From: an uncultured bacterium
GTDB lineage: Bacteria; Calditrichota; Calditrichia; RBG-13-44-9
DNA length: 41,381 bases
Direction of reading: 5' to 3'
Assembly (NCBI GenBank): GCA_965370645.1
Contig: CBDUVK010000001.1
Location: 1 to 41,381, forward strand
A program made the position numbers and the translations under genes. Below are positions 29,569 to 38,968 of the stretch, piece after piece. Positions within the stretch are counted from its first letter, which is position 1; each line of letters opens with the position of its first letter. A model generated the notes under the pieces. It worked only from the letters and a program-made list of their open reading frames with translations, was not told the origin of the DNA and did not search any database.

Positions 29569-30678
29569 ATGCTGGGAGATCTTCTCTATCAATTTACCGA
29601 TATCTTTTTCGGATTCAATCTGTTTCGCTATATAACGGTGAGGGCTGCTCTTGCTGCGATAACGGCTCTTTTGTTTAGCCTGTTTATCGGTCCCAAGATT
29701 ATTCAACTGCTGAAATCGAAACAACTTGGGGAAGAGATACGATCTGATGGGCCTGAGAGTCATCAGGCAAAAGCCGGAACACCAACTATGGGAGGCATCA
29801 TCGTGCTTCTGGGAATTGTTGTCGGTGTGCTGTTGTGGGCAAAACTGGATAACTTTTATATTCAGCTAATTTTTATTGCAACACTATGGATGGGAGTGGT
29901 TGGATTTTTAGATGATTACTTTAAGGTTGTTAAAAAATTACAAAAAGGTCTCATTGGACGTTATAAACTTGCCGGTCAAATGATTCTGGGTCTGTTTATT
30001 GGGGGAATGCTTTTCTTTAATCCGGAATTTGTAAAAGAAGGAATCAATGCCAATACCAGTCTTCCCTTCTTTAAAAATCTGGAAATAGATTTTAGCTGGT
30101 TTTATATCCCGGTGGTTGTTTTTGTGATTACCGGAACCTCCAATGCCGTGAATCTTTCCGATGGATTGGATGGTTTAGCTGCCGGTTTGATTGCCGTCGC
30201 CATGCTGGCCTTTGCAGGAATGAGTTATGTAAGTGGTAATGTAAATTTTAGTGATTATCTCAATATCATTTATCTCCCCGGTGCTGGTGAATTGACGGTA
30301 TACTGCCTGGCAGTGGTTGGCGCTTCCATGGGTTTTTTGTGGTATAATGCGTATCCTGCCCAGGTGTTTATGGGAGATACCGGCGCATTGGCCTTGGGCA
30401 GTACCCTGGGTGCAATTTCGATTCTTCTTAAGAAAGAAATCCTGCTGGTCTTGATTGGCGGTGTATTTGTTGCTGAAACAGTTTCAGTGATTATTCAAAC
30501 CAGTTATTTCCGATACAGCAGGAAGAAATTTGGCGAGGGGAGACGGGTATTTAAAATGGCCCCTCTTCACCACCATTTTGAACTTAAAGGTTGGCATGAG
30601 GCTAAAGTTGTGACCCGCTTATGGATCATCGGGATCTTACTGGCTCTATTAAGTTTAACGACCTTCAAGGTACGATAA
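29569..30678 (+). CDS. mraY: Phospho-N-acetylmuramoyl-pentapeptide-transferase
   Basis: Polytopic membrane protein with TPTMGG, NAVNLSDGLDGLA, MGDTGALALG and HHHFE motifs. Confidence 0.94.
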   Translation: MLGDLLYQFTDIFFGFNLFRYITVRAALAAITALLFSLFIGPKIIQLLKSKQLGEEIRSDGPESHQAKAGTPTMGGIIVLLGIVVGVLLWAKLDNFYIQLIFIATLWMGVVGFLDDYFKVVKKLQKGLIGRYKLAGQMILGLFIGGMLFFNPEFVKEGINANTSLPFFKNLEIDFSWFYIPVVVFVITGTSNAVNLSDGLDGLAAGLIAVAMLAFAGMSYVSGNVNFSDYLNIIYLPGAGELTVYCLAVVGASMGFLWYNAYPAQVFMGDTGALALGSTLGAISILLKKEILLVLIGGVFVAETVSVIIQTSYFRYSRKKFGEGRRVFKMAPLHHHFELKGWHEAKVVTRLWIIGILLALLSLTTFKVR

Positions 30679-30711
30679 TTTTTTGGATTTTGTTAATTAA
30701 TCGGATGAAGG

Positions 30712-32088
30712 ATGAAGCTGAGTACAGACAGTCATAAAAACAGGTCAAGCTTGAAGGGTGCAGCCGTGGCTGTTCTGGGTGCGGCGCGCAGTGGAATTGC
30801 CGTATCTCAGCTTCTTGCAGAATCAGGATCTCGGGTATTATTGAGTGATTTAAAATCAGCCGGGGATTTAGATCTGGATATCCTGAAATTCAAATGGCTG
30901 GGAATAGAAATTGAGACGGGTGGACACTCGGAACGTATTTTAGAAAGTGATTTAATCTGTATCAGTCCTGGACTACCCTTAACCATCCCCATTCTGAAAA
31001 GGGCTACCGAAAGAAAAATTCCCATTGTTGGAGAGATTGAATTATCATCCTGGTTTTGCAGCGATCCCATCTATGCGATTACCGGTTCGAACGGTAAAAC
31101 GACCACCACTGCACTGAGTGGAGATATTTTTAGAAAACGCGATGGATCTACCGCAGTGGCAGGTAATATCGGACTACCATTTGCTGAAATCGTTTTCCAG
31201 AAAGCAAAGCACAAGTGGGTAATTTTGGAGATCAGTAGCTTTCAGCTTGAAACCATCGTCAGTTTTCATCCGCGAATTGCAGTTATAATGAACTTGACTG
31301 CAAATCACCTGGATCGTTATCCTGACTTCGATTCCTATGCCCGGGCAAAACTGAATATCCTGAAAAATATGACTGCAGATGATATCCTGATTTACAATCT
31401 GGATGATAAATACCTTAGTGAAACACTAAGTGATGCAATTCCAAGGTGTTTGGGTTTTAGTTTATCTCCCCATTCTCAGGAGGGAGCATATTGGGTCAAT
31501 AACAAAATTGTCATCCAACTGGCGGGTAGGAAGGACTGCATTTATCTAAAAAACCTTCTCCTGCGTGGACCTCATAATCGATTTAATATGATGGTGGCGG
31601 CACTTTTAGCAACCCTTGATGAAATTCCGGTTAAGATAATTTCCAGGCAGATTTCCGGATTTAAAGGGATTGAACATCGCCTGGAGTTGGTTCGAAGAAT
31701 TGGCGATGTCAGCTTCTTTAACGATTCCAAAGCGACCACGGTGGATTCATTGATTTATGGTCTCAAAAGTTTCGATGACAATATCATCCTTATTGCGGGC
31801 GGAAAGGATAAAGGGGGAGAATTCTCTGAAGCGAATGAATTGTTAAAAAACAGGGTAAAGACTGTACTCCTTCTGGGGCAGGCAGCTGATCGTATGACTG
31901 TGGCCTGGCAAGAGGTTGTCCCTCTGGAACGGATGGAAAGTCTGCAAGATGCTGTAAACCGGGCGTACTCAATGGCAGAACCAGGCGATACCGTGCTCTT
32001 GTCACCGGCTTGTTCCAGTTTTGATATGTTCCGTGACTATGAAGATCGTGGAAATCAGTTTAAAAAATTTGTGGCGGATTTGAAATAA
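30712..32088 (+). CDS. murD: UDP-N-acetylmuramoylalanine--D-glutamate ligase
   Basis: N-terminal Rossmann segment (VLGAARSGIA) and ITGSNGKTTT P-loop. Position between mraY and ftsW. Confidence 0.9.
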   Translation: MKLSTDSHKNRSSLKGAAVAVLGAARSGIAVSQLLAESGSRVLLSDLKSAGDLDLDILKFKWLGIEIETGGHSERILESDLICISPGLPLTIPILKRATERKIPIVGEIELSSWFCSDPIYAITGSNGKTTTTALSGDIFRKRDGSTAVAGNIGLPFAEIVFQKAKHKWVILEISSFQLETIVSFHPRIAVIMNLTANHLDRYPDFDSYARAKLNILKNMTADDILIYNLDDKYLSETLSDAIPRCLGFSLSPHSQEGAYWVNNKIVIQLAGRKDCIYLKNLLLRGPHNRFNMMVAALLATLDEIPVKIISRQISGFKGIEHRLELVRRIGDVSFFNDSKATTVDSLIYGLKSFDDNIILIAGGKDKGGEFSEANELLKNRVKTVLLLGQAADRMTVAWQEVVPLERMESLQDAVNRAYSMAEPGDTVLLSPACSSFDMFRDYEDRGNQFKKFVADLK

Positions 32089-33239
32089 TGCAACCTAAAC
32101 AGCTCGATTTCTGGATTTTTTATACTGTCTTATTACTTATGGCCTTTGGGATTATTATGGTCTACAGCTCAAGTGCGTTTTTCGCTGATAAATTTCGTAA
32201 CGATCATCTGTTCTATCTGAAAAGACAACTACTCTGGGTTTTCATGGGCCTGATACTCATGATATTGGCATATAAATTCCCTTATGAGAAACTTCAGAAG
32301 AAAGGATGGATATTCATCGTATTTAGTCTTGGATTGTTGCTGTATCTATACTTCAGCGGTTCCGGAAGATGGATTAATATAGGTCCCTTCCATATCCAGG
32401 TGGTTGATATAACGAGGTTATCACTGGTCATTTTCTTTGCTGATTCCCTGGCACGTAAGGAACAATATTTAAAAAATTTTATGCAGGGTTTCTTCCCACA
32501 CATTTTTTATATCCTGTTGCTTGCCGGACTCATTGTGGTACAACCGGATTTCAGCTCCGCTTTCATGCTGAGTATGATCGGATTGTCCATGATGTTCATT
32601 TCTCCCATTCCGGTGCGCTATTTTTTAATGAGTTCTCTGGTGTTAATCCCCGTTGCAGGATTGTTAATTCATTTTTCGGCCTATAAATTCGCACGGATTA
32701 TGGCTTTTCTTCAGCCTGAGTCAGATCAGCTCGGAAATGGATATCAAATTCTTCAATCTCTGATCAGTTTAGGTGCAGGCGGTATCACCGGGGTTGGTTT
32801 TGCGCAGAGTAATCAGAAATTATTCTTCCTGCCGGAAGCTCACACTGATTTTATTTTCTCAATCATTGGTGAGGAATGGGGTTTTCTTGGAACACTCTTT
32901 GTCATTATCCTATTTTTCCTGTTAACCTGGCGAGGGGTTCACATCATCAAACATGTGCCGGATAAATTTAGTAAATATCTGGCTTTTGGATTACTGGTCA
33001 ATTTGATTTTCTATGCGCTGATCAATATGATGGTTTCGGTGCATCTGGCACCTCCTACAGGTCTGCCGCTTCCCTTTATTAGTTATGGGGGAAGTTCAAT
33101 GTTAATATCGAGTATATCGGTAGGTCTGCTACTCAATATATCTACCAAAGCGTTTTCCAGATCACAAATAAGCAACACCCTGTTCGCCGCTCGGGCGGTT
33201 AATAATTTAAAGAATAGAAAGTTGAGATATATTAGATGA
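32088..33239 (+). CDS. ftsW: SEDS-family peptidoglycan glycosyltransferase FtsW
   Basis: About 10-TM SEDS protein with a PEAHTDFIFS motif. Its start shares one nucleotide with the murD TAA (TAATG). Confidence 0.88.
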   Translation: MQPKQLDFWIFYTVLLLMAFGIIMVYSSSAFFADKFRNDHLFYLKRQLLWVFMGLILMILAYKFPYEKLQKKGWIFIVFSLGLLLYLYFSGSGRWINIGPFHIQVVDITRLSLVIFFADSLARKEQYLKNFMQGFFPHIFYILLLAGLIVVQPDFSSAFMLSMIGLSMMFISPIPVRYFLMSSLVLIPVAGLLIHFSAYKFARIMAFLQPESDQLGNGYQILQSLISLGAGGITGVGFAQSNQKLFFLPEAHTDFIFSIIGEEWGFLGTLFVIILFFLLTWRGVHIIKHVPDKFSKYLAFGLLVNLIFYALINMMVSVHLAPPTGLPLPFISYGGSSMLISSISVGLLLNISTKAFSRSQISNTLFAARAVNNLKNRKLRYIR

Positions 33240-34345
33240 TGTCTATGCCAGGAAAAATAATTTTTGCCGGCGGAGGAACCGGAGGACATGTGTATCCTGC
33301 CCTGGCATGTATTGAAACCTTGCAGATCAGGGGAGATTACGAAGTTCTCTATGTGGGTGGATATCGCGGTATTGAGAACAAAATCGTTCCTGAACATCAT
33401 CATCGATTTAAAAAAATTTGGATTTCGGGATTTCAGAGATCCCTGGCATTAAAAAATATTCTGTTTCCGTTAAAATTAATCATCAGTCTGATACAGAGTG
33501 TTTTTATCCTTCTGAAATTTAAGCCGGCTGTGGTTGTCGGAACAGGCGGGTATGTGAGTGGGCCGGTTGTCTACTCAGCTGCCAAGATGGGCATTCCAAC
33601 CCTGATTCAGGAGCAGGATACCTTTCCCGGTGTTACGACCCGGTTATTGTCGAGATATTGTGATATTGTATGTGTCCCCTTTGAGGAAGTTGTTCCTCTC
33701 ATTTCCAAGGTGAAAGGCTCTGTGGTTGTAACTGGTGTACCGGTCCGTCACTCCCTGCAATTGCCCGATAAAGAAGTTGCTTTAAAGGAATGGGGCTTCC
33801 AAGCCGCTATGCCTGTGATTCTGATTTTTGGTGGTAGTCAGGGTGCCCAGGCGCTCAACCTGGCTGTGAGTAACATTTATGAAAAAATTGCAGATAAGTA
33901 TCCCGTTCAGTTGCTTTGGCAAACCGGGGACAAAAACTATGAAGAGATTGGACGCTGGCCGATTGCTGAGAAAAGCGGAGTCCTGATAAAAAATTACATT
34001 CATTCCATGGAAAAGGCATATGCCGCAGCAGATCTTATTATTAGCCGGGCAGGAGCCATTACCCTGGCAGAACTGTCCAAGGTTCAAAAACCCTGTATCC
34101 TGGTTCCTTACCCCTATTCTGCAGCCCATCATCAGGAAAAGAATGCCGAAACCATTGCCAAATTAGGAGCGGCAATTGTTGTAAAGGAAGGGGAGGATTT
34201 CGAGGAAAGACTTTTGAATACAGTAGACCGGGTGTTGACAGACAAAAAATTGGCAACTGAGATGGGCGAAAAGTGGAAAAGTATCTACAAACCCCAAGCA
34301 TCGGAAAAAATAGTTACGGAAATCATTAAGCTAATGGCAAACTAA
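33236..34345 (+). CDS. murG: UDP-N-acetylglucosamine--N-acetylmuramyl-(pentapeptide) pyrophosphoryl-undecaprenol GlcNAc transferase
   Basis: GGGTGGHVYPALA N-terminal motif and a C-terminal GT28 domain (SRAGAITLAEL, HQEKNA). Confidence 0.92.
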   Translation: MMSMPGKIIFAGGGTGGHVYPALACIETLQIRGDYEVLYVGGYRGIENKIVPEHHHRFKKIWISGFQRSLALKNILFPLKLIISLIQSVFILLKFKPAVVVGTGGYVSGPVVYSAAKMGIPTLIQEQDTFPGVTTRLLSRYCDIVCVPFEEVVPLISKVKGSVVVTGVPVRHSLQLPDKEVALKEWGFQAAMPVILIFGGSQGAQALNLAVSNIYEKIADKYPVQLLWQTGDKNYEEIGRWPIAEKSGVLIKNYIHSMEKAYAAADLIISRAGAITLAELSKVQKPCILVPYPYSAAHHQEKNAETIAKLGAAIVVKEGEDFEERLLNTVDRVLTDKKLATEMGEKWKSIYKPQASEKIVTEIIKLMAN

Positions 34346-34346
34346 G

Positions 34347-35759
34347 ATGAACATACGACTCGGAAAAATTAAAAATATTCATTTTGTGGGAATCGGTGGG
34401 ATTGGCATGAGCGGCATTGCGGAGGTTCTGGTTAATCTCGGTTATAATATATCCGGTTCAGATCGTTCCTTAACTGAAGTAACAGAGCATCTGGCCCACA
34501 TCGGAGTGAAAATCGCGGAAGATCATCTTGCTGAAAACGTGAAAGATGCGGATGTCCTGGTTTATTCTTCTGCGGTTACGGTTGATAATCCTGAAGTTCA
34601 GGAAGCTTTGCGCAGAAAGATTCCGGTTATAAAGAGAGCGGAAATGCTGGCAGAGTTAATGCGCTTGAAATTTGGTATTGCCATTGCAGGAACGCATGGT
34701 AAAACTACCACGACATCACTCACCGGAGCAGTTCTCAGTGAAGGGGATCTCGATCCTACTTTGATCATTGGTGGCCGGGTCCGTGCTCTCGATACCAATG
34801 CCAAACTTGGAGACAGTGAATTTTTAGTTGCAGAAGCAGATGAATTTGATAAATCATTTCTTAAACTCATTCCGACCATTGCGGTGATTACGAATGTCGA
34901 AGCGGATCACCTTGATTCCTATGATGATATGGACGATTTAGTCAATTCATTCCTCTCATTCGCCAATAAAGTTCCCTTTTACGGAAGGGTTATCGTCTGT
35001 CTGGATAATACCGGTGTACAGGAGATTTTAAGCAGAATAGAGAGGAGTATCACCACTTACGGATTAAATAAGCAAGCGGATATTCAGGCACATTCATTGG
35101 AGCACAAGAATGGGGAAATTTCATTCGATGTAAATTATATGAAATATAAATTGGGTAAAGTGCATCTGAAAATTCCCGGAGAACACAATGTTCTGAATGC
35201 CCTGGCAGCCATTGCAGTCGGTCTGGAACTGGACATTCCCTTTGAGAAAATCAAAGCAGGCCTTGAAAAGTTCAGCGGGGTGGAGCGCCGTTTCGAACAC
35301 AAAGCTGAGCTGAACGATATCATGATTGTCGATGATTATGCTCATCATCCCAGCGAAGTAACCGCCACCTTAAAAGCTGCCCGCAGTGGCTGGCCTAATC
35401 GCCGGATTCTGGGGGTATTTCAACCTCATCTGTATTCGCGGACCCGTGATTTCTATATGGATTTCGCTCGCTCATTTCTTCAGGTTGATCTTCTTATCAT
35501 TACCGATATTTATCCGGCCCGCGAAAAACCTATTCCCGGGGTAGATGGAAAGTTGATTGCTGAAACTGCTCAATCACTCGGCCACCGTGATGTTCATTAT
35601 GTAGCAGATAAAAAAGATTTACCTGCCTATGTGGCGGAACTTGCCAAAGCGGGGGATATGGTAATAACCCTGGGTGCAGGTGATATCTGGAAATATGGAG
35701 AATTACTGGTCAATGAATTACAGGCTAAATCCAGGAAAAAACCTAAAAAAAACAGATAG
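34347..35759 (+). CDS. murC: UDP-N-acetylmuramate--L-alanine ligase
   Basis: HFVGIGGIGMSGIAEVL, GTHGKTTTTSL and DDYAHHP motifs. Confidence 0.93.
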   Translation: MNIRLGKIKNIHFVGIGGIGMSGIAEVLVNLGYNISGSDRSLTEVTEHLAHIGVKIAEDHLAENVKDADVLVYSSAVTVDNPEVQEALRRKIPVIKRAEMLAELMRLKFGIAIAGTHGKTTTTSLTGAVLSEGDLDPTLIIGGRVRALDTNAKLGDSEFLVAEADEFDKSFLKLIPTIAVITNVEADHLDSYDDMDDLVNSFLSFANKVPFYGRVIVCLDNTGVQEILSRIERSITTYGLNKQADIQAHSLEHKNGEISFDVNYMKYKLGKVHLKIPGEHNVLNALAAIAVGLELDIPFEKIKAGLEKFSGVERRFEHKAELNDIMIVDDYAHHPSEVTATLKAARSGWPNRRILGVFQPHLYSRTRDFYMDFARSFLQVDLLIITDIYPAREKPIPGVDGKLIAETAQSLGHRDVHYVADKKDLPAYVAELAKAGDMVITLGAGDIWKYGELLVNELQAKSRKKPKKNR

Positions 35760-35769
35760 AAGTGCGGTC

Positions 35770-36762
35770 ATGATGATTCGAATAAACAAAATTCATGAAG
35801 TTACCATGGGGCTCAGGAATAAAAATTCAGGTCGCGTACTATTTAATGAGGAACTGAAATATCACACCACCTACAAGGTGGGTGGACCGGCGGCGGTTCT
35901 GTGCTTGCCAGTCAGCCGTGAGGAATTGCAGGAAGTAATATGCACCTGTAATAAAAGCCTGGTGCCGGTATTTATCCTGGGAAGCGGCTCCAACATCCTG
36001 GTTCATGATAGGGGATTGGACAAAGTGGTGATTAAACTGGATAGATGCTGTTCCGAACTTCATCACGATAACGGGATGCTTTATGCCGGGGCCGGTACTT
36101 TGGTGTCGGATGTTGTTAAATATAGTGAAGAACACCAATTAGCCGGATTGGATTTCATGTCGGGAATTCCCGGAACGGTGGGTGGGGCACTGCGCATGAA
36201 TGCCGGTGCATTTGAGGGAGAGATCGGAGACCGTGTGATTCACATCGATGCGATGACCTACCAGGGAGAAATTCTTAAGATTGGCGCTGAAAATGCCGGT
36301 TTTGGGTATCGCAGGGCAGACTACCTGGTGGATAAGATTATACTCGGTTGTATGATGCAAATGGGTCCGGGGCTCCGAAATTCTCTGGAAAAGGCCAGGG
36401 AGGATTATCTGACCAAAAGAGCGGCGAAGCAACCTCTGGACTATGGTTCTTGCGGAAGTGTTTTCAAACGACCTCCCGGAAATTATGCCGGTACCCTGAT
36501 TGAGCAAGCCGGGTGCAAAGGTATGCAGGTTGGGGGAGCAATGGTATCGCCAAAACATGCCAATTTTATTATTAATTATCGGAATGCAACGGCTCAGGAC
36601 ATTTACAACTTGATTACTCAGGTACAGGAAATTGTATATAAAAAATCTAATGTATGGTTGGAATTAGAAGTCAAATTGGTTGGATTTTCACATGAAGAAG
36701 AAAAAAAAGTACAACACCCGGATCGACTGGTATCCTCAGTTGCCAAATCCTCGAATGGTTGA
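35770..36762 (+). CDS. murB: UDP-N-acetylenolpyruvoylglucosamine reductase
   Basis: FAD-binding domain (YKVGGPA, LGSGSNIL) and the catalytic segment SCGSVFKRP. The track ORF starts at 35674 inside murC, so it is trimmed to the ATG at 35770 (MMIRINK). ATG at 35806 is an alternative. Confidence 0.88.
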   Translation: MMIRINKIHEVTMGLRNKNSGRVLFNEELKYHTTYKVGGPAAVLCLPVSREELQEVICTCNKSLVPVFILGSGSNILVHDRGLDKVVIKLDRCCSELHHDNGMLYAGAGTLVSDVVKYSEEHQLAGLDFMSGIPGTVGGALRMNAGAFEGEIGDRVIHIDAMTYQGEILKIGAENAGFGYRRADYLVDKIILGCMMQMGPGLRNSLEKAREDYLTKRAAKQPLDYGSCGSVFKRPPGNYAGTLIEQAGCKGMQVGGAMVSPKHANFIINYRNATAQDIYNLITQVQEIVYKKSNVWLELEVKLVGFSHEEEKKVQHPDRLVSSVAKSSNG

Positions 36763-37501
36763 GAGGCCGCCTTTTCCCAGTCCCAGGTTTGTGTTGGGTA
36801 TCGTCATACTGGCGTTGCTTGGGTATGGAATTTATCGCCTTTCAACTCATTTAATCAGAAACAGCGATATGTTTATTCTCAAGAAAATAGAAGTAGACGG
36901 TAACCAATTTGTTGAGAGCGGTGATATTATCCGAAAGGCCTCTCTTCAACCGGGTAATAAAATATTTCAAATTCCGGTTCAGGAAGTAAGTAACCGGGTT
37001 TTGAAAAATCCCTATCTGAAAGGCGTCAGCATAAGTCGGGCGTTGCCTTCAACACTGATCATATCAGTGCAGGAACGTGAGCCGGTTGCTTATCTGGTTG
37101 ATCAAAAGATTTATATGATTGATGAGTCTGGTATCATACTTCTGAAAAAATCCGGGATGTCCATTAAAAATCTACCCTTAATAACCGGGTTATCCGTTCA
37201 GCGCTTATTGAAAGACCGCCGGCCCTTATTGGATGCTTTAAAACTGATTGTATTAATGAATGAAATCGATCCCAATCTACTTCAATTCATTTCTGAAATT
37301 CATATAGATGCGAACCGCCCACCACAATTGTATCTGGTGCGCGGGGGAGCAAAAGTGGTCATCGGAAAGGAGAAGTTTCCGGAACGAATATTTATTTTAA
37401 GTGAATTTGTTAAGACTTCTTCCTTTCTGAACCAGATAGAAACCGTTAAAAAAATTGACTTAACCTTTAATGGGCGGGTTATTGTTACCCGGAAAAAGTA
37501 G
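36755..37501 (+). CDS. ftsQ: Cell division protein FtsQ/DivIB (POTRA domain)
   Basis: One TM helix (FVLGIVILALLGYGIY) followed by POTRA (ILKKIEVDGNQFV...ISVQEREPVAYL). The ATG at 36755 overlaps the murB stop by 8 nt. An upstream ATG at 36692 (MKKKKKYN...) would overlap by 71 nt and cannot be excluded. Confidence 0.8.
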   Translation: MVERPPFPSPRFVLGIVILALLGYGIYRLSTHLIRNSDMFILKKIEVDGNQFVESGDIIRKASLQPGNKIFQIPVQEVSNRVLKNPYLKGVSISRALPSTLIISVQEREPVAYLVDQKIYMIDESGIILLKKSGMSIKNLPLITGLSVQRLLKDRRPLLDALKLIVLMNEIDPNLLQFISEIHIDANRPPQLYLVRGGAKVVIGKEKFPERIFILSEFVKTSSFLNQIETVKKIDLTFNGRVIVTRKK

Positions 37502-37510
37502 GATGAAATT

Positions 37511-38740
37511 ATGAGTACTAAAATCTATACGGGTTTAGACATTGGCACCACCAAAGTGTGCGCGGTAATCGTGAAAGAGGAACCCAATGGTAAATTAAAT
37601 GTGGTAGGCATTGGCAGTGCTCCCTCACATGGGTTACGTAAGGGTGTTGTGGTTAATATAGAACATACGGTACAATCTGTGCAGCTGGCGCTCAATGAAG
37701 CTGAACATATGGCAGGTGTTGAGGCTGCAAATGTCTTCGTCGGTATTGCCGGGGATCATATTCGCAGCTTGAACAGCAAGGGTGTAGTCGGTGTGGCTCA
37801 TGATGATCATGAGATCACCGAGAATGATGTGAAACGTGCCATCAGTGCTGCCAGAGCCCTGGCACTTCCTATGGATCGGGAAATCCTGCATGTCATTCCC
37901 CAGGAATTTATAGTTGATGATCAGGATGGGATACCGGATCCGGTTGGTTTGTCAGGTGTGCGCCTGGAAGTGGAAGTGCACCTGGTCACCGCCGCGGTTA
38001 CTTCGGCTCAGAACATTGTAAAAAGTGTCCAGCGGGCTGACTATGATGTGGAAGAAATTGTCCTGGAACCATTGGCCAGCAGCCTGGCAGTACTGGATGA
38101 TGATGAACGAAACCTGGGAGTTGCCCTGATCGATCTGGGTGGCGGAACATCTGATATTGCCATGTTTTTTGAAGGGCATATCCGGCATACCTCGGTGGTT
38201 GCCCTGGGTGGTCAGCATGTAACAAATGATATCGCCATAGGCCTTCGCACCCCACCCGAACAGGCTGAGATGATTAAGATTGAACATGGTTGCGCTGTGG
38301 GGGATCTGGTAAAAAACAATGAAACTCTTACCGTTGCCGGAGTCGGGGGACGAATTCCCCGGGTTATATCCCGAACTGTGCTGACCGATATTATTCAACC
38401 CCGTATGGAAGAGATTCTTAATCTGACCTATCAGGAGATGGAGAAGTCGGATTTAATCAATTTAATGGCCACCGGGGCCGTCATCACCGGGGGTGGAGCC
38501 ATGCTGAAGGGAACCATCGAGTTGGCTGAGAAAATGTGGGGTATGCCGGTGAAACTCGGACTGCCAAAGTCCATGGGTGGTTTAACAGAGACTGTTCGAA
38601 ATCCGATTTACAGTACAGCGGTAGGTTTGACTATCTATGGACAAAATTTTGGCGGTGGACCGGGCTTCAAAACAAAGCCGGAAGGTTTATGGGACGAAGT
38701 CCTTGAAAGAATCAAGAAATTTGTTGAACAATTTTTTTAG
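37511..38740 (+). CDS. ftsA: Cell division protein FtsA
   Basis: Actin-fold motifs GLDIGTTKVCAV and DLGGGTSD; 409 aa with an amphipathic C-terminal end (WDEVLERIKKFVEQFF). Confidence 0.93.
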   Translation: MSTKIYTGLDIGTTKVCAVIVKEEPNGKLNVVGIGSAPSHGLRKGVVVNIEHTVQSVQLALNEAEHMAGVEAANVFVGIAGDHIRSLNSKGVVGVAHDDHEITENDVKRAISAARALALPMDREILHVIPQEFIVDDQDGIPDPVGLSGVRLEVEVHLVTAAVTSAQNIVKSVQRADYDVEEIVLEPLASSLAVLDDDERNLGVALIDLGGGTSDIAMFFEGHIRHTSVVALGGQHVTNDIAIGLRTPPEQAEMIKIEHGCAVGDLVKNNETLTVAGVGGRIPRVISRTVLTDIIQPRMEEILNLTYQEMEKSDLINLMATGAVITGGGAMLKGTIELAEKMWGMPVKLGLPKSMGGLTETVRNPIYSTAVGLTIYGQNFGGGPGFKTKPEGLWDEVLERIKKFVEQFF

Positions 38741-38758
38741 AGAACCTGAATATTTGGA

Positions 38759-38895
38759 ACCACTAAGTCACAAAGGCACAAAGAAATAAAAGTTAATGGT
38801 TTATTAGGAGTCTATGTTTTTGAAAAAATCAAATACTGTATTTTATTTAAAACTTTTAAGTCCTTTCATTCTTAGTGTCTTAGTGCCTTTGTGGT
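38759..38895. repeat. Inverted pair of tandem octamer arrays in the ftsA-ftsZ spacer
   Basis: Arm A 38761-38784 is three tandem CAC[T/A]AAGN octamers. Arm B 38871-38894 is three tandem CTT[A/T]GTGN octamers, the reverse complement of the same unit. The 25-nt arms (38759-38783 and 38871-38895) can pair with 20 Watson-Crick pairs, 1 G-U and 4 mismatches around an AT-rich centre of about 83 nt. Confidence 0.7.
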
Positions 38896-38968
38896 GCCGC
38901 AGGTGCGGGATGAAATAATAGAATTAAATATATTCAAAAAACTATATTGACTAAATGAGGAGGATAAT

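Noticed and set aside
35674-35769. N-terminal extension of the murB ORF into murC
   Set aside because: It overlaps the last 86 nt of murC in another frame. MurB homology (LKYHTTYKVGGPA) begins shortly after the ATG at 35770 or 35806.
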